Below the pieces are notes generated by a model that saw only the letters and a program-made list of their open reading frames with translations, was not told the origin of the DNA and ran no database searches. From assembly GCA_944386685.1 (NCBI GenBank), contig CALXCA010000005.1, forward strand, positions 954-64,953: DNA of 64,000 nucleotides. The letters are read 5' to 3'. Both the position numbers and the translations under genes were made by a program. Each line of letters begins with the position of its first letter. Position 1 is the stretch's first letter. This stretch comes from an uncultured Clostridia bacterium (GTDB taxonomy: Bacteria; Bacillota; Clostridia; TANB77; CAG-508). Shown one piece after another: positions 21,599 through 31,124 of the stretch.

Positions 21599-22081
21599 TT
21601 AATATTGTGATATTGTCCAATTTTCTGTGTCTACTTCATACCATACTTGTACAACTGTACCCTTTTTAACAGAAATATAATATATGTTTCCATCTTTTTG
21701 TTCAATATTATATTCTACATCTGTATCTGTTTCTCCCCATTCTTTTTTTGCAAGTTCAATTGCTTTTTCTTCTTTTGTTTTAGTTTCATCATCTTCTTTG
21801 CTATCTTTCTCTTCTGAGCCTATACTATCTTCATTTGTTGTTTGTGTTGTTTCTGTATTTTGTGTTTGCTCAGTACTTTCTGTTATTTGTGTTGTCTCTG
21901 TTGATTGTTTAATATTTTCTGTTGTAGGTTTTGTAGTATTTTCTGTTAAGTAATTTGAACTTTCTTGTGTCTGATTTTTTACAACTTCTGGGTAAATTAT
22001 ATAAGCTAAAATTACAATAATAGCAAGTACAGATATTATAATTACTATATTTAATATAGTTTGCTTTTCTCTTGTACTCAT
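21599..22081 (-). CDS. Hypothetical membrane-anchored protein (PepSY-like C-terminus)
   Basis: N-terminal TM, T/E/Q-rich linker, 'KAIELAKKEWG...YEVD'. Confidence 0.65.
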   Translation of the reverse strand: MSTREKQTILNIVIIISVLAIIVILAYIIYPEVVKNQTQESSNYLTENTTKPTTENIKQSTETTQITESTEQTQNTETTQTTNEDSIGSEEKDSKEDDETKTKEEKAIELAKKEWGETDTDVEYNIEQKDGNIYYISVKKGTVVQVWYEVDTENWTISQY

Positions 22082-22100
22082 TTTTATTACATCCTTGTAT

Positions 22101-22137
22101 AATATATTTAGGTTTTTAAAAGGTTACCTATAAACCT
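22101..22137 (-). promoter_or_regulatory. Putative sporulation (sigmaE-like) promoter
   Basis: AGGTTTATAGG-N17-AAATATATTA upstream of RBS; matches 4220-4255. Confidence 0.4.
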
Positions 22138-22162
22138 TTATTAAATTAATTACATGATATAA

Positions 22163-23362
22163 TTACAAAATTTCCGCTTCTTTTTTTCCATCTGTAAATC
22201 TTATTGAAATTAAATCCCCTTTATTAATTTGTTTTACACTTTTTACTATTTGTCCATCTTTTTCTGTTAAACTGTATCCTCTAATTAAAGTTTTTAGTGG
22301 ACTTAATGTATCTAATTTTGCAATTAATTCATTATATTTATTTGTTTTGCTGTTTTGTAAATCTTTAATTGTTTTTTCTAGTCTTTTTACTAAATTATCT
22401 AATAAAATAGAATTGTCTATTATTTTTCTTTTTGGGTCTGTAAATGCACGAGATTTCATTACTTTTTCTAGCCTAAGTTTCATAACTTCTAATTTCTTTT
22501 TTAAAGCAATTCTATATCTATTTTGATAATTTTGTATTTTTTGCTTTAATTCAAAAATGTCTGGAACAGCTAATTCTGCTGCAGCAGATGGTGTTGGTGC
22601 TCTTAAATCTGCAACAAAATCTGCTATTGTAAAATCTGTTTCATGTCCTACTGCAGAGATAATAGGTATTTCTGAATTATAAATAGCCCTTGCAACAATT
22701 TCTTCATTAAATGGCCATAAATCTTCTAAAGAGCCTCCTCCTCTACCTACTATTATAACATCTGCTAATTTTTTTTCATTCATAATTTTTATTTTTTCTG
22801 CTATTTGTTCTGAAGCTCCAGGTCCTTGAACAGGAACAGGTAAAAGCCTAATATATACATTTGGATTTCTTCTACTAGATACATTAATAATATCTCTAAT
22901 AACAGCTCCTGTTTGTGATGTAAGAACACCTATAACTTTAGGAAATACTGGAATAGATTTTTTATGTTTCTCATCAAATAATCCTTCTGCTTCTAACTTT
23001 GTTTTTAATTGTTCAAATTTTTCATGCAAATCTCCCATTCCGTCTTCCATCATACTTTTACAATATATTTGGTAAACTCCATCTCTTTCAAATACAGACA
23101 CAGTTCCAAATACCATAACTTTCATTCCATCTTTTGGCTTAAATTGTAACTTTTCTGCATAACTTTTAAACATTATACATTTTATTAATGATGTTTCATC
23201 TTTTAATGTAAAATATAAATGACCTGTATAATGATTTTTAAAATTAGATATTTCACCTTTTACAAGTATTGCATTTAAATTTTCATCTTCATCAAATCTA
23301 TCTTTTAAATATTTATTTAATTGTGTTACTGTTACTGCATTATATTTCATTAGTACCTCCAC
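22163..23362 (-). CDS. xseA: Exodeoxyribonuclease VII large subunit
   Basis: 'GEISNF...GHLYFTLKD', 'GRGGGSLEDLW', 'GHETD', 'APTPSAAAE'. Confidence 0.96.
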   Translation of the reverse strand: MEVLMKYNAVTVTQLNKYLKDRFDEDENLNAILVKGEISNFKNHYTGHLYFTLKDETSLIKCIMFKSYAEKLQFKPKDGMKVMVFGTVSVFERDGVYQIYCKSMMEDGMGDLHEKFEQLKTKLEAEGLFDEKHKKSIPVFPKVIGVLTSQTGAVIRDIINVSSRRNPNVYIRLLPVPVQGPGASEQIAEKIKIMNEKKLADVIIVGRGGGSLEDLWPFNEEIVARAIYNSEIPIISAVGHETDFTIADFVADLRAPTPSAAAELAVPDIFELKQKIQNYQNRYRIALKKKLEVMKLRLEKVMKSRAFTDPKRKIIDNSILLDNLVKRLEKTIKDLQNSKTNKYNELIAKLDTLSPLKTLIRGYSLTEKDGQIVKSVKQINKGDLISIRFTDGKKEAEIL

Positions 23363-23443
23363 TTTAAAAAGTTACAATTACTTATTTATTTTACAATCTA
23401 TTTTTTAAGTTACATTACATTTTATTTTGTGTAAAATTAAGTT

Positions 23444-23848
23444 TTATTTTACATTAACAATACTTGCAAGAATTCCGTTTACAAATTTTTTTGAAGATGT
23501 TTCTCCATATTTTTTTGCAATCTCTAGTGCTTCATTAATAGCTACTTTAAATGGTAATTCTTTATATTTTATTTCGTAAATTGCAAGTTTTAATATACTA
23601 AAATCTATTTTAGAAATTCTTTCTAAAGTCCAATCAGCTTTTAGATTTTTCCTAATTAATTCATTTATTTCTTCTTTATGTTCTTCTATTCCATTTATTG
23701 CATCAATTATATATTCTTTTGCATCATCTTCTACAATATTTTCACATTCAAAATATAGCTCTGTTTGTTCTTCTATATCTTTTGGTTTTTGAATTTCTAT
23801 ACTATATATTAATTTGAATGCAAGTTCTCTAATTGCTGATCTTTTCAT
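23444..23848 (-). CDS. nusB: Transcription antitermination factor NusB
   Basis: 'RSAIRELA', 'W.LERIS', 'VAINEA.EIAKKY...FVNGILA'. Confidence 0.95.
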   Translation of the reverse strand: MKRSAIRELAFKLIYSIEIQKPKDIEEQTELYFECENIVEDDAKEYIIDAINGIEEHKEEINELIRKNLKADWTLERISKIDFSILKLAIYEIKYKELPFKVAINEALEIAKKYGETSSKKFVNGILASIVNVK

Positions 23849-23935
23849 CCCTTTTTATGCTAGTTTTAAGCTAACATTCTCCCTTCTAAATATTTATTTT
23901 TTAGATAATACTATTTACAACTATTTTGCTTATTT

Positions 23936-24151
23936 TTATAGTCTATCTATAAAATTTTTTAATTTTTCTTTTACACTATATTTATTTTGTTGTACATAAT
24001 TTCCTATAAATGCTCCTAATATAATAACAATACAGCCTATAATAAACTCATATAATTTTGTACATAAAATTAATATTGCTACAATTATTCCTATAATTGC
24101 TCCCATGTATTTTGTTATAAAATTTTTAAATCCATCCATAATTAATCTCAT
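23936..24151 (-). CDS. Small integral membrane protein (DUF2273-like)
   Basis: Two TMs 'GAIIG'; asp23-amaP-DUF2273-nusB order. Confidence 0.7.
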   Translation of the reverse strand: MRLIMDGFKNFITKYMGAIIGIIVAILILCTKLYEFIIGCIVIILGAFIGNYVQQNKYSVKEKLKNFIDRL

Positions 24152-24218
24152 TCCTTCCTAATGTTAAAGTTTGGTTGGAAAAGATTTGTTTTCAATCTTT
24201 TCTCTTTATTAAGTTTTA

Positions 24219-24779
24219 TTATTCAGCTTTTGTATTTCTTTCATTTTTATTTAAATTAACTACTTTAATATTTACTTCTTTTACATCTAAATCTGATGTT
24301 TTCTTTAATTCTTCTTTTACTCTTGATTGTAAGTTACTTGCTAAATCTTTTAAAATAACATTGTCTTCAATTACAATTTGTAATGTTATAGAAATTTCAT
24401 TATTTTCATTTACAGAAATTTTTGGTAGACATTCTTTTATACTGTCAAATCCATATACTACAGATTTTACCATATTGTCTAGTGTTTCTTTTGTTATTAA
24501 AAGTTGTCCATTATCATTTTTTAGTAAAATTCCTTGAGATTCTTTAATAACTTCTTTAGAATGAGAATCAAAAAATATACATCTTATAGATAATAGCATA
24601 CAAATAGCGGATACTATTAAAGTAATTTTTGATGTTGTTTCTCCTGTAACAATATTTTCTATAATATTTGTTACATCAGTTAAAGAAACCCATCTAAAAA
24701 CTAGCAAACATAACATTACTGCAAGTAATAATACAATATATGAATATACAATTAATACAACTCTTTCTATAAATTTCAT
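24219..24779 (-). CDS. amaP: Alkaline shock response membrane anchor AmaP
   Basis: ATG 24779 after RBS AAAGGAG; two TMs then Asp23-like tail; ORF-track N-terminal extension is translated repeat. Confidence 0.8.
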   Translation of the reverse strand: MKFIERVVLIVYSYIVLLLAVMLCLLVFRWVSLTDVTNIIENIVTGETTSKITLIVSAICMLLSIRCIFFDSHSKEVIKESQGILLKNDNGQLLITKETLDNMVKSVVYGFDSIKECLPKISVNENNEISITLQIVIEDNVILKDLASNLQSRVKEELKKTSDLDVKEVNIKVVNLNKNERNTKAE

Positions 24780-24852
24780 TTTCTTCTCCTTTTTGTGTTG
24801 GGCAATTTTGTGCCGGTTCTCTTTTTTTCTTTTTGCTGTTATCTTTTTATTA

Positions 24853-25131
24853 TTGGGGGCGGTCCTTTTCTTTGTTGGGGGCGGTCCTTTTCTTTGTTGG
24901 GGTCGGTCCCTTTTTTTGCTGGGGTCGGTCCCTTTTTTGTCTGGGGTCGGTCCCTTTTTGTGTTGGGGGCGGTCCTTTTCTTTGTTGGGGTCGGTCCCTT
25001 TCTTTGTTGGGGTCGGTCCCTTTTTTTGCTGGGGTCGGTCCCTTTTTTGTCTGGGGTCGGTCCCTTTTTGTGTTGGGGGCGGTCCTTTTCTTTGTTGGGG
25101 TCGGTCCCTTTTTGTGTTGGGGGCTGACCCC
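24853..25131. repeat. Tandem array of 22 bp REP-like units (12 units plus 1 degenerate)
   Basis: 'cggtcc' at exact 22 bp period 24860-25102; unit GGGG(T/G)CGGTCC-T-rich; same motif as arms of 313-649 and 7305-7591. Confidence 0.92.
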
Positions 25132-25195
25132 AGCATTAAAGCAAAAGGCATGATACAGTTTTATTCCTATTTTTCATGCCTTACTTTAGTTTCTT

Positions 25196-25639
25196 TTATT
25201 GTTGTTCTTCTGTATTTTCGCTTGTTTCGTCTTTTGACTCATCTTTTTCGTCAAAGTCTTTTTCTGTTTTTACTCCTTGTACATGTACATTTACTTCTTC
25301 AACTCTAAGACCTGTCATATTTTCAACTGATTTTTTAACTCTTTTTTGTATTTCATAAGCTACATCTGGTATTCTAGAACCATATTCAACAATTATGTTT
25401 ACATCTATTTTAACATCTTTATCATCAGATTCTACTTTTATACCTTTGCTGTAATTTTTCTTTCCACTAAATACTTGTGTAATTCCTCCTGCAAATCCTC
25501 CTGCCATACTTGCAACACCTGGTACCTCTGATACTGCAATTCCAGCAATTACAGATATTACATCATTCGCAATTTTTATACCATTGTTCCCTTCATCTAT
25601 TTCTTCAATTGGTTCATTATTTTGATTGTTTTCTTCCAT
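25196..25639 (-). CDS. Asp23/Gls24 family envelope stress protein
   Basis: 'IKIANDVISVIAG.A..EVPGV', 'YG.RIPDVA.EIQ..V...VENMTGL.V.EVNVHV'. Confidence 0.92.
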   Translation of the reverse strand: MEENNQNNEPIEEIDEGNNGIKIANDVISVIAGIAVSEVPGVASMAGGFAGGITQVFSGKKNYSKGIKVESDDKDVKIDVNIIVEYGSRIPDVAYEIQKRVKKSVENMTGLRVEEVNVHVQGVKTEKDFDEKDESKDETSENTEEQQ

Positions 25640-25749
25640 AATTACACACTTTCCTTTCTTTTTTATATTCAAGATATAATCTTGCTTTTATAAGTATATC
25701 AATTTTTGCATTCTTTTACAACTATTTTTTTAATATTTATTTAAAATTT

Positions 25750-25844
25750 GTTACAATTCAGAAAAAATTTATATATATTAATAATAAATAAATTTCGAAT
25801 ACGATTGGAGGAAATTTAGAATTTCTTAAATTATTTTATTGTAA
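25750..25844 (+). repeat. ~95 bp sequence duplicated at 44146-44241
   Basis: atatattaataataaataaatt(t/c)gaatacgattggaggaaatttagaatttcttaaatta shared. Confidence 0.8.
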
Positions 25845-25853
25845 TTAAAATTT

Positions 25854-26420
25854 CTATTCTTCTAGCAAGTCATCAATTACAATTTGTCTATTCGAATCCA
25901 ATTTATATTTTGGAAGTTTTGGTAATTTGCTTAAATCTGAATAACCAAACATTTTTAAAAATTCTGGAGTTGTTTTATATGTAGTTGGTCTACCTGGTAA
26001 ATCTGCTTTTCCAGCATCTTCTATTAATCCATATTCTAATAATTTATAAATTGTTGCATCAGAACTTACTCCTCTAATTGCATCTATTTCTGGTCTTGTT
26101 GCTCTTTGATTATATGCTATAATTGCTAGTGTTTCTAATGCTGCATTAGATAAATTAGGCTTTGTTCTATTATCTATAATTGGATATATATACTCATAAA
26201 ATTCTGGTTTACTACATAGTTGGTATCCATCTTCTACTTTAATTATTTGTATTCCTCTATCCTCATATTTTCTTTGCATATTATTAATTGTTTCGTGAAT
26301 TTTGTCTCTACTTATTTCTAATGCTACCATTAATTCTTTTTCTGTTACTACTCTTCCTGCAGAAAATAACATTGCTTCTATAATTTGCTCAAGCTTCTCA
26401 TCTTTCATATTTAATCTCAT
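25854..26420 (-). CDS. scpB: SMC-Scp complex subunit ScpB
   Basis: 'IEAMLF', 'LSNAALETLAIIAY.Q', 'IRGV', 'PGRP..YKTT..FL..FG'. Confidence 0.95.
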   Translation of the reverse strand: MRLNMKDEKLEQIIEAMLFSAGRVVTEKELMVALEISRDKIHETINNMQRKYEDRGIQIIKVEDGYQLCSKPEFYEYIYPIIDNRTKPNLSNAALETLAIIAYNQRATRPEIDAIRGVSSDATIYKLLEYGLIEDAGKADLPGRPTTYKTTPEFLKMFGYSDLSKLPKLPKYKLDSNRQIVIDDLLEE

Positions 26421-26552
26421 TCCTTCCTAAGGCACAAATCTGGTTGGAAAAGAATTAAATTTTAAATGAAATTGTCACTACACAACACCAAAATTCTAAT
26501 TATTTTTCAACCTTTTCACGTCCTCCACAAGACCAAAAAACAAATATATAAA

Positions 26553-27866
26553 TTATTCTAAATTAATATCTTTTTTTGTATTTTTCATATTTTCTATAAT
26601 ATCTACCATTTCGTCAATTCTCATAGTCTTTTTAGCACCATCTTTTGTTCTTTCTATTTCAACAAATCCATCTTCTGTATTATTCCCCATTATTGCTATA
26701 TATGGAATTCCTAGTATTTTTGCTTTTCTTATTTTCTCTCCAATTGAGCCTTTTACATCATCTATTATTACTTCTATATCTCTATCTAAAAATTTATTAT
26801 ATGTTTCTTCTGCTACGTCCATTTTTTTATCATTACTTATAATATATAGGTAATATGGTGTTACTGATATTGGTAATGAATATCCAACAGCATTTCCATT
26901 TTCTTTAATAACATTGTTTTCGTATATAAGACCTAATACTCTACTTACTCCTATTCCATAACATCCCATATAAAAAGGTTTACGGTTATTTTGGTCATCT
27001 ATATATTTAATGTCCATTGAATCTGAATATTTTGTTCCTAATGCAAATATATGTCCTAATTCACACGCTTTTTCTTCTTTTAAATTTTTTATATTTTCTA
27101 TATTATAATTTTCTTTTAAATAATTTTCTGCATCTTCTTTTTCTAAAACTTCTACATTTAACCCTTGGTTTGTTTGTTCATCATATAAAATTGTATCTTC
27201 TCCAATTTTTGATAATGCCATTATTTCTTCTGAGTTTTTTCCTCCCATAGCTCCATTATCTGCTGCAACTGCTACAATATCTAAACCAATTTCTTTAAAT
27301 GTTTTAAAATATGTTTCTTTTACTTTATTATAATTTTCAATCATAGATTTTTCGTCTTTGTCAAATGTATATAAGTCAAACATCAAAAATTCTTTTCCTC
27401 TAAGTAAATATCCTCTATTTCTTATTTCATTTCTGAATTTTGGTCCAATTTGATAATATCCTACTGGCATTTGTTTGTGTGATGTTATTCTATTTTCAAC
27501 AAAAACTGTTATTGCTTCTTCTGCTGTTGGAGCTAAACAATATGTTCCTTTATCTGTTTTAGATATCATTGTAACTCCCTCTTCTAGATATTGGTCATAT
27601 CTGCCAGATCTTTTCCAAATTTCGTCTAATTGAATTATTGGCATTTGTACTTCTATATAGTCTGCTTTATTAAAGTTCTTTTTTATTATTTCTTCTATAT
27701 TATCCAAAACTTTTAATGGTATATTATCATATGCATATACACCACTTCCATATTGTTTTATTTGACCTGTTTGCATTAATATATCTTGTGCTGGATACAT
27801 TTCGTCTAAATTACTTAATTTTATATTTTTCATTCCCATTTTTGATGTTCTCATAAAAAAATCCAT
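26553..27866 (-). CDS. proS: Proline--tRNA ligase, short form without full editing insertion
   Basis: 'LAPTAEE', 'YQIGPKFRNE.R.R..LLRGKEF.M.D.Y', 'ELGHIF.LGTKYS', 'MGCYGIGVSR'. Confidence 0.9.
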   Translation of the reverse strand: MDFFMRTSKMGMKNIKLSNLDEMYPAQDILMQTGQIKQYGSGVYAYDNIPLKVLDNIEEIIKKNFNKADYIEVQMPIIQLDEIWKRSGRYDQYLEEGVTMISKTDKGTYCLAPTAEEAITVFVENRITSHKQMPVGYYQIGPKFRNEIRNRGYLLRGKEFLMFDLYTFDKDEKSMIENYNKVKETYFKTFKEIGLDIVAVAADNGAMGGKNSEEIMALSKIGEDTILYDEQTNQGLNVEVLEKEDAENYLKENYNIENIKNLKEEKACELGHIFALGTKYSDSMDIKYIDDQNNRKPFYMGCYGIGVSRVLGLIYENNVIKENGNAVGYSLPISVTPYYLYIISNDKKMDVAEETYNKFLDRDIEVIIDDVKGSIGEKIRKAKILGIPYIAIMGNNTEDGFVEIERTKDGAKKTMRIDEMVDIIENMKNTKKDINLE

Positions 27867-27887
27867 TCCTTTCTTTCAATATTTTAC

Positions 27888-27916
27888 ATTATATACTCTT
27901 AGGCGTTTTACGTCAA
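27888..27916 (-). promoter_or_regulatory. sigmaA promoter of proS inside an inverted repeat
   Basis: Minus strand TTGACG-N17-TATAAT; actctt..gcgt/acgt..aagagt palindrome. Confidence 0.65.
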
Positions 27917-28097
27917 GAGTTTTAGGGAAAAAAGAGAACCGGCACTTTTTTACCCAAAAAACTGTAGCAGAAAACTATTTAAAGTTTTCCACCACAGCTT
28001 TTAACTTTCAACCATAAATTTTATTCTATTTTTTATTTAGAAATAATAAATAATTATCTAGAAAATTTTTTTATCTAAATACTTTTACATTTCTAAA

Positions 28098-28616
28098 TTA
28101 TTCTGTTGGTTGTACAGGGTCTGCAGATATAGCAACTACAGCATCTGTTTCTTGTGTTGTATCAATTGGTGTTTTTATTAATTCTATTGTAACTTCTATT
28201 GTTGTTGTTTCTCCTGCTGTTAAAGTACCTTTTTTCAAATCATAAGTAACTTTATAATATTCTTCATTTGAATTTTCTATACCAACTGTTAACTGAGCAG
28301 ATAGGTCTTCACTTAAGTTTTGTATTGTAAATGTTGCTGTTTCTTTATCACCTTTTGATGTTAGCCCTGTAACATTCATTGTTGCTAATAATTTATTTGA
28401 TGGATTAATTGTTGCTTCTACATTTGATGGAGTAGAAACTGTTGGGCTTCCTGTAAATTCTACTTTAAAGTTTGTTTGGTTTGGATCTGCACTTGCACTA
28501 CCTTCAATTCTTAATTGTATAGTTGAAATTGCAGCATAACCAATTCCTAATACAACAACTAATAATAGTAAAGTTACCCAAATTATTGTTTTAGTTTTTC
28601 CAGAATTTCCGTTCAT
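28098..28616 (-). CDS. Secreted protein with SipW-type signal peptide (TasA/pilin-like candidate)
   Basis: Hydrophobic N-terminus ending 'LGIGYAA', Thr-rich beta body, downstream of SipW-type peptidase. Confidence 0.55.
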   Translation of the reverse strand: MNGNSGKTKTIIWVTLLLLVVVLGIGYAAISTIQLRIEGSASADPNQTNFKVEFTGSPTVSTPSNVEATINPSNKLLATMNVTGLTSKGDKETATFTIQNLSEDLSAQLTVGIENSNEEYYKVTYDLKKGTLTAGETTTIEVTIELIKTPIDTTQETDAVVAISADPVQPTE

Positions 28617-28799
28617 TGTATTTCACCTCCCTTTTATCTTTGGTTTAAAAATCAAAAATTTTAAGATTTTTTAATTTTTAAAACTTAATTTTTATATATA
28701 AATATACATTAAATAAAATGTATGTATATTTAACCAAAAGAACATCTAGCAGAGTTTTTTATAAACTCTTTTTGCTTAATTTCTTATTTATTTAAAGTT

Positions 28800-29915
28800 T
28801 TATTTTTTCTTTTTTTGTGCTGCATTTTTTCTTAATTCTTCTCTTATTTCATTTGAGCCTAAAAGATAAGTATATAATAAACCATCTTTTATTATCATAA
28901 AATAAGTTTTTCTTTCATTTTCTACTGTGTACATTAATATTGGTGATTGTATAGTATCTCTTAGTCCTATCATTTCGTTAAATGTATTTATTTGTATTAC
29001 TTTATAGTCTTTTTCATTTATTTTGTTATTTGTTTGCTGAATGTAATTTTTGTAGTTGAATAATATCATTTTTAATTGTTGGTCATACATTGTTTCTGCA
29101 CTTCTTGTTTCAAATAAATATTTTATAAATTTAATTAATACTAAAATTCCAGCTATTCCAACTACAATTCCTATAATTAGTAAATATTTTAAATTTTCTT
29201 CTGAATATTCACTTTTTTTAGAAAGTATTTTTCCTTCATCTTGTACAACATTTTGTCCAACACTTATATCTACTGTTTTTGTTGTTAATGGTATTGTTAA
29301 TGTCATTACATTTTCTTCTTTATTTATTTGTGTTCCATCATATTTATTTATTACTTTAACTTTCATTTCTAATTCTAACATACTATTTGAGTCTGTCAAT
29401 CCATAAAGATTAACAAATTTGTTAATTTTATCATTATAAGTATCATAATTAATTTTTAAGTTTTCTATTATATTTAAATTTTTAGAATTAGATGTATGTT
29501 CTTCTTTATTTACTAATTCTTCTGTTGTTTCATATATTGATGTATTATCCTCTTCATTTTGTACCATTGTTTTTGCTAAAATTTTATAACTATATGTGTA
29601 TTCTTGTTCTTTATCTAATGTTAAGTTATAGTTAAAATATATATCAAAATTATTAATTAGTGTTGCTATTAATGTATTATTTTCAAAATCATAGTCTTCT
29701 GGATAAAAATCATTTTGTTTTAATTCTACATTATAATTAACTTTAGCTTTTTCTGAATAATTATTATATTCATTTTTACTTGCATTAAAATAAGTAATGA
29801 TTAGTATTATAGCAATAATTATTAACAACGTACTACTTAAGCCAAGCTTTATTTTGTTATTTCTTCTTCTTCTTTGATGTTTTAATATCTCTTTTTCTTG
29901 ACTAGTTTTTCTCAT
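28800..29915 (-). CDS. DUF5305-like membrane protein
   Basis: N- and C-proximal TMs, C-terminal 'I.TFNE....D..QSPI......YF.I......Y.Y'. Confidence 0.55.
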   Translation of the reverse strand: MRKTSQEKEILKHQRRRRNNKIKLGLSSTLLIIIAIILIITYFNASKNEYNNYSEKAKVNYNVELKQNDFYPEDYDFENNTLIATLINNFDIYFNYNLTLDKEQEYTYSYKILAKTMVQNEEDNTSIYETTEELVNKEEHTSNSKNLNIIENLKINYDTYNDKINKFVNLYGLTDSNSMLELEMKVKVINKYDGTQINKEENVMTLTIPLTTKTVDISVGQNVVQDEGKILSKKSEYSEENLKYLLIIGIVVGIAGILVLIKFIKYLFETRSAETMYDQQLKMILFNYKNYIQQTNNKINEKDYKVIQINTFNEMIGLRDTIQSPILMYTVENERKTYFMIIKDGLLYTYLLGSNEIREELRKNAAQKKKK

Positions 29916-31045
29916 TATTCATTCCCTCCTATTAAACCATTTATCCATAAGGTAAAATAACCTATATATGGAATTCTTAATTTAACTTGTCCAACAATAT
30001 CATCATATAATCTATATCCTTCATCTCTGGTTAAATTTGCATCACCTTGTGTATGGTATATTGGTTTTCCTCCAATTGTTTTTTTATCAATTATTCTATG
30101 TATAATTTTTGTTCCATCATTATTAAATACTATTATATCTCCAACTTTTATTTCTTGTTCTTCATCATATTTTTCATATATAATAATGTCTCCTTTATTT
30201 ATTGTTCCTGTCATACTTCCAGAGCCAATTACTAATGCTCCAAATTTAAATTTACATGATACTAACATTATTATTAAAACTACTATTATTATACTTATTA
30301 TTAGAATAATTGTATCTCTTCTTTTATGTTTTGTTGATATCATTTCATCTTTTTTTCCAAAAAAAGATTCTACAATTACATACATAATGTATGGTAATAT
30401 TAGTTTAAATACTGATTCTAGGAATATATATATATCTGGTGTTATTGGTATAAAGTACATATATAATGTGGTTATAATTTTGTAAATGATTATTGCTGTT
30501 TCGTTCCTAAATTTTTTTACAGAATAATTAAAAAATATATTATTTGCAATTGATGATATTACTATAAAGCTTATTAAAGTAAAATAATCGTTTGCTGTAC
30601 TAAGATTATAAATATTAGTGTTTATTACAATATCAAGCATTATCATTGCAATTACTATTATATATTTAGAAATTTTGTATTCCCTTAATAATATATTCTT
30701 TCTTATTATTTCTGATGATATTATAATAATTATAAATGGTATTATATAATTTATAATTGACCAAAATGTTAGTTGTACAGTAGAATGATAAAATCCTGTA
30801 AATAAGCCTAAGAAATATAAAAATCCTACATATACTAGTCCTATTATTGTTAACATTATTGTAAAATTTCTACTATTAGCATAACTTATTTTATCGTTTT
30901 TTACAAGTACTTTATTTAAAATTGCATAAATTAATAATATTATTGCTAATATTTGCCTGGTTATAACTTTGCTAAGAAACATTGCTATAACCATTATTAT
31001 TAATAATATCACTTCCAATATTACTAATCTCTTTTCTTTTTTCAT
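29915..31045 (-). CDS. Signal peptidase I, SipW/S26B type, fused to multi-TM N-terminus
   Basis: 'GSGSMTGTINKGD', 'IIHRI', 'TQGDAN...D', 'IPYIGY' (Ser/His type). Confidence 0.85.
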   Translation of the reverse strand: MKKEKRLVILEVILLIIMVIAMFLSKVITRQILAIILLIYAILNKVLVKNDKISYANSRNFTIMLTIIGLVYVGFLYFLGLFTGFYHSTVQLTFWSIINYIIPFIIIIISSEIIRKNILLREYKISKYIIVIAMIMLDIVINTNIYNLSTANDYFTLISFIVISSIANNIFFNYSVKKFRNETAIIIYKIITTLYMYFIPITPDIYIFLESVFKLILPYIMYVIVESFFGKKDEMISTKHKRRDTIILIISIIIVVLIIMLVSCKFKFGALVIGSGSMTGTINKGDIIIYEKYDEEQEIKVGDIIVFNNDGTKIIHRIIDKKTIGGKPIYHTQGDANLTRDEGYRLYDDIVGQVKLRIPYIGYFTLWINGLIGGNE

Positions 31046-31124
31046 ATGTTTCCTCTCTTTTTTCCTTATCTCTCTTTGGTAGTGTAAATTTTTATAAATT
31101 AATTTACACTACCTTATATATTAC

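Noticed and set aside
24853-25131. CRISPR array
   Set aside because: Contiguous 22 bp units without unique spacers; no cas genes in window
24793-25308. Several overlapping ORFs and the 123 aa N-terminal extension of amaP
   Set aside because: Translations of the stop-free 22 bp tandem array; amaP has its own RBS and ATG at 24779
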